62,669 nucleotides of DNA, taken from positions 1 to 62,669 of the IMG/VR virus record IMGVR_UViG_3300023184_000123. One strand, 5' to 3'. The DNA is from a virus. Its lineage: Duplodnaviria > Caudoviricetes. The translations under genes were made by a program, and so were the position numbers. The notes under the pieces were generated by a model. That model searched no databases and was not told the DNA's origin. It was given only the letters and a program-made list of their open reading frames with translations. Numbering within the stretch: the first letter of the stretch is position 1; the number at the start of each line of letters is the position of its first letter. Positions 57,508 through 62,669 of this stretch are shown here, in pieces.

Positions 57508-58066
57508 ATTCTTGTTCTATCACTGTTTTTATTTCATCGTAATTGATTGGAGGCATTATTTTTACTATACCCGTACTATCTAAATTCATAGTGGTAATCA
57601 GATTTTCGTAAGTAAAGGTTTCGTCAAAATTGATATCCGAGCTATTAAATACTCTATCGTTGTTAATGACGGATTGTATTGTGTAATTAATAAGATTCAT
57701 ATCTATGTCCACGGTGTATTCTACTCCTCTTGCATACCGGTCGTTAGAATTCCAAATCCGTGTAGAATGTGCGATGTATTGACTAACAATGTGATCTATT
57801 TTATTTGCTCTTGTGAGTTTAATTTTATAACAATCTGTTTTGAGAATTGTTTGGTATACTTCGTTATTTACAAGTTGATGAGCTATAATTTTTAGTACAT
57901 AATCAGTGCTTCCAGCGGCGAGCCATCTTTCAAAAGCTTCAAATTCTTCTACACTCTTGTTAGGCTCTGACCAAATTTTTATCCCATGCATATTTCCAAG
58001 ATACCAGGCAAATGCAGTTGATCCAGATCGAGTACTTGCCACTATCACTATAGGTCTTTTGTTCAT
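57491..58066 (-). CDS. Sulfotransferase-like protein
   Basis: STRSGST (PSB-like), SEP, L.R......SQYIA, YENL. Confidence 0.65.
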   Translation of the reverse strand: MNKRPIVIVASTRSGSTAFAWYLGNMHGIKIWSEPNKSVEEFEAFERWLAAGSTDYVLKIIAHQLVNNEVYQTILKTDCYKIKLTRANKIDHIVSQYIAHSTRIWNSNDRYARGVEYTVDIDMNLINYTIQSVINNDRVFNSSDINFDETFTYENLITTMNLDSTGIVKIMPPINYDEIKTVIEQEYDKYR

Positions 58067-58139
58067 ACTTTATATATGCTTGCAAATTTCAGCCACAAAA
58101 AAGCTACCAACGTAGCCTTTCTTGTTATTCCAAATTAGA

Positions 58140-58697
58140 TTAAAATGAGCGTGAGTAGAACAAGCTGTGACCATCTTGACGTGAATCACCAGTGATTCGG
58201 TCATAACGGAATCCAACTGAATCCTTGTTGTTGACAGCATATGTTACACCAACACGAACTGTGTCAGTTGTGTATTTGTTAACATTGGTATTTTCCAGGG
58301 CTGTGCGATAACGATAGCCAACTCTAGCTGTTAAGCTAGGGCTCAGTGGCACAGTGACACCGGGCTCAACAGAGTAGTATGTGAAACTACCGGCAGTGCT
58401 ATACCTTTGTCCAAGACCGATCCTGGTGTATCCTTTAACCGAACTGAATAATGGCACAGTAGCAGTGCCGCCAATTTCTAATCGTGTGCTGACTGAATTT
58501 GTGTTGTCAGTTTGACTAGATGAAAATTGAGTATGAACATCAAATGTATTGTTGACACGTTCTCTTAATGTGAAGCTAGCACTCATTTGATCGTTGCCGC
58601 CTATGGTGTTGCCGTTTGTGCCTTCCACTGTGACTGAACCTGCTGATACCATGCCACTGATTGCTAGTGCAACTAAACCTGTTAAAATTTTCTTCAT
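58140..58697 (-). CDS. Outer-membrane beta-barrel protein
   Basis: Signal peptide, alternating beta pattern, C-terminal YSRSF. Confidence 0.8.
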   Translation of the reverse strand: MKKILTGLVALAISGMVSAGSVTVEGTNGNTIGGNDQMSASFTLRERVNNTFDVHTQFSSSQTDNTNSVSTRLEIGGTATVPLFSSVKGYTRIGLGQRYSTAGSFTYYSVEPGVTVPLSPSLTARVGYRYRTALENTNVNKYTTDTVRVGVTYAVNNKDSVGFRYDRITGDSRQDGHSLFYSRSF

Positions 58698-58785
58698 TTA
58701 CTTCTCCTTTGTTTGAATGACTTGATGTCACTGAGCTTTATATATGTTTTTTCATCGGATAGTTCAGAATATTTAATCCAATATA

Positions 58786-59976
58786 TCAAACAGTTAAACT
58801 ATGGGTCTTTTTAAAAATATAAATGCCTTCGCTTTTGTAGCTGTTCTGTAGTTTGTTGTTGCCCACGCCCGGCCTCACATTCAACAGCATGTCCACAGTT
58901 TCTTGGTATTCAAACCCCAGTTTCTTGCTGAGTTGTATCCAAGTGTCTACAATTTTGGTGGGCTCTTTACCAACTTTGTAGTCTGCAATATTCACAGCAT
59001 AGATAGCATCATCTGCTAGACCAGTGTGTAACATACGTAATGTTGGTTCCACATACAATTCAAACCAAGCTTCTCTATTGGAATAGCGATTCATGCATTG
59101 AGTTGGCTCGTCGCAATATATTTCCAAATTGAAATAAGGTGGACTTGAAAATGCCGCATCATATTTGCCAGATTCAGGATCAAAATCTTCACTGCCTGAG
59201 TGATGCATCTCGAACCCAGTGCCTATCACATCAGTAATTAACTTGCCCAGTGCTGATAATCCATTATAAGTTTTTGTGTTTGGATCAATGCCAGTGTAAT
59301 GATATCGCATACCACTGGTCATTGCTCCCAGCATGCGGCCGCCGTATCCTGAACTAAAGTCTAATACATTGCCAAACATATTGGGACATATGTATTCCCA
59401 TACGGCTGTGGCGTTCAAGGGTTTGAAGTTTTGTATGGTGCCGCCACTTACCAACTCAAGAGCCCGTCTAACGTTGATTGGTAATGCAGTCTTTTCGCCT
59501 TCGTCCCTGTGTTTATAACATAGATTAATTGCTCGTCGTAATTTCCTATCGTCGTGGAAACGACTTTCCAAACTCACAGTTTTACTTCCTGCGGTAGTTG
59601 CTTCCTGCATATTGGGGAACCAAAATCTTGAAAGTCCCAATCCTGCAGTGTTACCAACAGGTATAGTTTTGTTTTTTACTGTGGGACTTTTGCCTCTTAA
59701 ATTTAAAATTTCATCTCTGCATCCATCTAAACTATAATAGGTTATTGGAAGTATATCAATACTACGATAGATATCAAATACAGAGTCTTCGATTGCCAGT
59801 TTTCCAGCATCAGTTTCATTGGTCCACAGTTCTTTGTTTAATTTAGACAAATCTGGGTACACTGATTCGTACCCAGTAGATGTGGGTTCTACTGATGTAT
59901 AATCCCACTCCTTACAAAGATGACCAAAATAATTAGTTATCAGATTGTCCATTAGAGCCTTTGCGCCAATCTTCAC
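58786..59976 (-). CDS. Amino (N4-C/N6-A) DNA methyltransferase-like protein
   Basis: LDFSSGYGGR (motif I), GIDPN, FSSPPYF (motif IV). Confidence 0.8.
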   Translation of the reverse strand: MKIGAKALMDNLITNYFGHLCKEWDYTSVEPTSTGYESVYPDLSKLNKELWTNETDAGKLAIEDSVFDIYRSIDILPITYYSLDGCRDEILNLRGKSPTVKNKTIPVGNTAGLGLSRFWFPNMQEATTAGSKTVSLESRFHDDRKLRRAINLCYKHRDEGEKTALPINVRRALELVSGGTIQNFKPLNATAVWEYICPNMFGNVLDFSSGYGGRMLGAMTSGMRYHYTGIDPNTKTYNGLSALGKLITDVIGTGFEMHHSGSEDFDPESGKYDAAFSSPPYFNLEIYCDEPTQCMNRYSNREAWFELYVEPTLRMLHTGLADDAIYAVNIADYKVGKEPTKIVDTWIQLSKKLGFEYQETVDMLLNVRPGVGNNKLQNSYKSEGIYIFKKTHSLTV

Positions 59977-60409
59977 TAATGATAGTCTTGTCCGAGTTGC
60001 AATTCAAACACATGGATCGAATATTTTCCTCAGAGTCGTCACCACCGTCTGCTTGTCTAATTTGATGGTCGCCAATGATACGATTGCGACACAGCCTATT
60101 AAACAACACAGGACTAGTTGTTTCTAGTGTAGGATATTTTAGTCTAACCTGTTCAGACACATCTACCCCGCACTCGTCACAAATCCATTTGCGATGTAAA
60201 GTGTGCAGTCTGTTTATCTTACCAGGTCCGCCGTATTCAACCAGTTTAAGACTGTGTTCTCTACACAGTAGATCACTGCCAGGCCCCTCAAACATGGACA
60301 GAGGATTTTTACACCCGTCCATGCAACAGATTCGATTTTGTCGAATCTGTTCTTTGAGGATACCTTGACCTTTTAACTTGTCTTTACTAGGGTCACGTAG
60401 TGTAGTCAT
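59933..60409 (-). CDS. HNH endonuclease-like protein
   Basis: CDECG...DHQIRQADGG....N....CLNCN. Confidence 0.75.
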   Translation of the reverse strand: MTTLRDPSKDKLKGQGILKEQIRQNRICCMDGCKNPLSMFEGPGSDLLCREHSLKLVEYGGPGKINRLHTLHRKWICDECGVDVSEQVRLKYPTLETTSPVLFNRLCRNRIIGDHQIRQADGGDDSEENIRSMCLNCNSDKTIISEDWRKGSNGQSDN

Positions 60410-60410
60410 T

Positions 60411-61574
60411 TTACCACAAGTCTGCTTTGTTAACAACAGTAAAACCATTGTTAGGTACAAACTTGGGAGTCTTCAACTTGGTGCTCTTTTTAAGTTGAGC
60501 AATCAAGAATGGAATACCTGTACGCATCTCTGTTGTAAACCCACGCACAATGATGTCTCCGTTTGAATCAACATCCATGCTGCCGGTGTTAGCGGAACGA
60601 TACCAATTTTTGTATGCTGTTTGCACCTTGTCCCAAAACGGGCTTGACGGACTAAAGTCTGCACCAAAATTTTGTTTGGTAAAGTTAACAAACTCCAACA
60701 AGTATGCATCGTCCACCACAACATCTTGCTCGTAGCAAAGATTGAAATACTCGTACAACTGTCTAGCTTCCTTGGGTTCTACAGGACGCTGTTCATTTAA
60801 GAAACTCCAGTAACGTGCGAACATACGAGTAACTTCTGGATGCTTGCGAGTCTTCAAACTCTTGCTCATTAGCGTGTCAGCCAACAAGGTAAATGCACCA
60901 GGCTGGTCGTCATCACCTAATTTGCTGTGCGTGGCAAACAGGCCTGCGGCCGCAAGATAATCGTTCTTGAGTGCTGTATCGGTCCACTCTGTATCAGTGG
61001 CGCCGTCAACTTTGGCACCATTGACCATTTGGCAATAGATATCAATAAAGTCTAGTTCTTGTTTGGCATCGCCGTTCAACAAAATAAAGTTACGACGGAT
61101 TTCTAATTTGTGTTTGACATTGTAAACAACAACTGGAATCATTGCCTTTGCTGTTTGCTCGCCAAATACTTTGGTAAGGATAATGTAGAGTGCAATAGCA
61201 GTGTGCTGCCCGTCCCAGGCAATATAATAACCAGGTTTGTTTTCATCTTCATACACTTGAATAGCCATAGTCATTGTGCTACGGAAGTTCTGCAGAATAT
61301 TTAGAATATGTCGCATATTCAAACTACGTTGCATAGTAGTATCAATTAGGATTTTATCCATTGCAACTTGAATTGCTTCACACAATTGCAAATCCACAAA
61401 CTTTTGCCATTCTGTGTGCCTCCGTTTGAATTCGTCCACTACTGCTACCAACATGGGAGCAAACATAGGTGCAAATTTCAATGCTTCATTTAGTCGTTGC
61501 TGTAACGATATGAAGTTGGAGGTGCTGTTGAGATATCGCCCGTTGACAATTTGAGCGTGAGTTAGTGCTGTCAT
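60411..61574 (-). CDS. ParB/Srx-like (DGQH motif) protein
   Basis: MQRSL, WDGQHT, F..LN. Confidence 0.65.
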   Translation of the reverse strand: MTALTHAQIVNGRYLNSTSNFISLQQRLNEALKFAPMFAPMLVAVVDEFKRRHTEWQKFVDLQLCEAIQVAMDKILIDTTMQRSLNMRHILNILQNFRSTMTMAIQVYEDENKPGYYIAWDGQHTAIALYIILTKVFGEQTAKAMIPVVVYNVKHKLEIRRNFILLNGDAKQELDFIDIYCQMVNGAKVDGATDTEWTDTALKNDYLAAAGLFATHSKLGDDDQPGAFTLLADTLMSKSLKTRKHPEVTRMFARYWSFLNEQRPVEPKEARQLYEYFNLCYEQDVVVDDAYLLEFVNFTKQNFGADFSPSSPFWDKVQTAYKNWYRSANTGSMDVDSNGDIIVRGFTTEMRTGIPFLIAQLKKSTKLKTPKFVPNNGFTVVNKADLW

Positions 61575-61664
61575 TTTAGTTTAGTTTCCTTTTTTGCGGG
61601 CATCTTGCCCATTTGTTCGGTCTTACACGACCATATGCACAACGGAACTGTTGCGCATCTAGTA

Positions 61665-61693
61665 ATTATATGTTCTATTGGCGCAACAGTCAA
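61665..61693 (-). promoter_or_regulatory. sigma70 promoter
   Basis: TTGACT-17-TATAAT. Confidence 0.75.
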
Positions 61694-61716
61694 CTAAAAA
61701 TGTCATTAATTTACTC

Positions 61717-61744
61717 AAAAGAAAAGCACCCGAAGGTGCTTTCT
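61717..61744 (-). terminator. Intrinsic terminator after tmRNA
   Basis: GAAAGCACC-TTCG-GGTGCTTTTCTTTT. Confidence 0.85.
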
Positions 61745-62152
61745 AGTTATTGGTTTACAAGGTGACTAACCCCGGAGTTGCGGTTTCTTAGGCCGCCATT
61801 TCCAATTCTGCTTCATTAGCAGCTGCCAATGTCACAGGAACTTGGAAATACTCGAATGTAGATGTTTTTGCATTTACGTTTATTTGCTTGATTTACAGTC
61901 ATCGCCTACTGAGTTGCCGTCTCTATTATCTCACCCTGTCGAAACCATGGCAGGCCCATCATAAGGAAACTTTTCGCCAGTAAGTGGTAAAGTCCGGAGT
62001 AATAACATATTCCCAGCCTGGACGAATATGTTCTGGGTGTATACTTTCTTTACCGTTACTATGTTTGAAAAATTTCATAAACTTCCTTATGGTGGACCTG
62101 GCGGGAGTCGAACCCGCGTCCAGAATGCCTTCACTTTGAAGGGATTACAACT
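61745..62152 (-). ncRNA. ssrA: Circularly permuted (two-piece) tmRNA
   Basis: Acceptor piece first (GACGCGGGTTCGACTCCCGCCAGGTCCACCA, ends 62090), then coding piece from 61957 (GGGCCTG...GGTTTCGAC) with G3:U70; tag AKTSTFEYFQVPVTLAAANEAELEMAA* at 61871..61788. Confidence 0.9.
61959..62078 (-). CDS. 39-aa ORF inside the tmRNA intervening segment
   Basis: AAGGA RBS; MKFFKHSNGKESIHPEHIRPGWEYVITPDFTTYWRKVSL*. Confidence 0.55.
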   Translation of the reverse strand: MKFFKHSNGKESIHPEHIRPGWEYVITPDFTTYWRKVSL

Positions 62153-62162
62153 ATTCTTTTAG

Positions 62163-62228
62163 TCAACGTTTCTTTTTGGTAGCACGGCGGGCCGCACGTT
62201 CCATTGGTGTTCTTTTCTTCTGTGCCAT
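62163..62228 (-). CDS. 21-aa very basic peptide
   Basis: GGAGAG RBS; MAQKKRTPMERAARRATKKKR*. Confidence 0.5.
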   Translation of the reverse strand: MAQKKRTPMERAARRATKKKR

Positions 62229-62250
62229 GTTGCTCTCCGTATTATCTCAA

Positions 62251-62454
62251 TTACTTGGGTTGAATATTTGCTGCCTGCAAGCCTTTTTGACCTTGTACCA
62301 CATCAAAACTAACTGCCTGATTCTCTTGCAAGACTTTGAATCCTGATGTTTGAATCGCTGTGTAGTGAGCGAAGAGATCCTCGCCACCGCCGTCTGGAGT
62401 AATAAACCCAAAACCTTTGGTTTCATTAAACCATTTTACTTTACCTGTTGCCAT
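62251..62454 (-). CDS. cspA: Cold-shock protein
   Basis: GKVKWFN..KGFGFI, DLFAHY, QGQKG.QAANI. Confidence 0.95.
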   Translation of the reverse strand: MATGKVKWFNETKGFGFITPDGGGEDLFAHYTAIQTSGFKVLQENQAVSFDVVQGQKGLQAANIQPK

Positions 62455-62561
62455 TTACTTAATTTCCTATTAAAACACTATTATAGTGCCATGTATTTAG
62501 TATAGCAAGTGGTTTGAATTAAAAAAACTTATAAATATACTATTACTCCGGGAGCAAATCG

Positions 62562-62669
62562 ATGTCATTAATCGACTCAGTATTGAATTTAGTCACAAAA
62601 CAACCAAAAGATCCAGACGCACCTAAGCCTCCAGTGGGATCACGCTCAGAGCGTGAAGCAAAAATCAAA
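62562..62669 (+). CDS. Hypothetical protein (5' part only)
   Basis: GGAG RBS, TATAAATA upstream; MSLIDSVLNLVTKQPKDPDAPKPPVGSRSEREAKIK. Confidence 0.6.
   Translation, partial: MSLIDSVLNLVTKQPKDPDAPKPPVGSRSEREAKIK

Noticed and set aside
61958-62090. Group I intron or integrated element in tmRNA
   Set aside because: The order of the pieces shows circular permutation; the segment is too short and lacks intron core motifs or an integrase.
1-62669. Stop-codon reassignment
   Set aside because: Genes are intact and tightly packed in code 11, TAG and TGA both end genes, and no CTA/TCA/TTA anticodon tRNA was found (44109 reads TCT when the loop is centred).
1-62669. Bacterial chromosome or prophage origin
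   Set aside because: No housekeeping operons or integrase; dense small hypothetical genes, an ATP-dependent ligase, a fiber gene and a heterogeneous tRNA array fit a large phage.

Overview
A 62.7-kb segment of a large (jumbo-type) lytic bacteriophage genome, mostly transcribed on the minus strand from near-consensus sigma70 promoters. Bug/TctC solute-binding proteins, CspA and IF-1 tentatively suggest a betaproteobacterial host. It carries a DNA ligase, ClpP, IF-1, an RNAP omega-like protein, CspA, 11 radical SAM genes embedded among other modification enzymes, an ADP-heptose module, an RNA-repair block (phosphoesterase, PNK-like kinase, RNA ligase, DUF2828/TROVE-like VWA protein), 38 tRNA genes covering all 20 amino acids, and a circularly permuted two-piece tmRNA. 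The most striking unannotated elements are: (1) a promoter, 48-codon leader peptide and attenuator at the head of the tRNA array, where the leader uses all 20 amino acids before the antiterminator, consistent with a pan-tRNA depletion sensor; (2) five small RNAs with a conserved stem-ACAGCAA core, most displaying a tRNA-like anticodon stem-loop, next to the TROVE-like gene and among the tRNAs; (3) a 39-aa ORF filling the tmRNA intervening segment; (4) several atypical tRNA-like RNAs and large structured spacer RNAs. All calls were read by eye; no database searches or folding programs were run.
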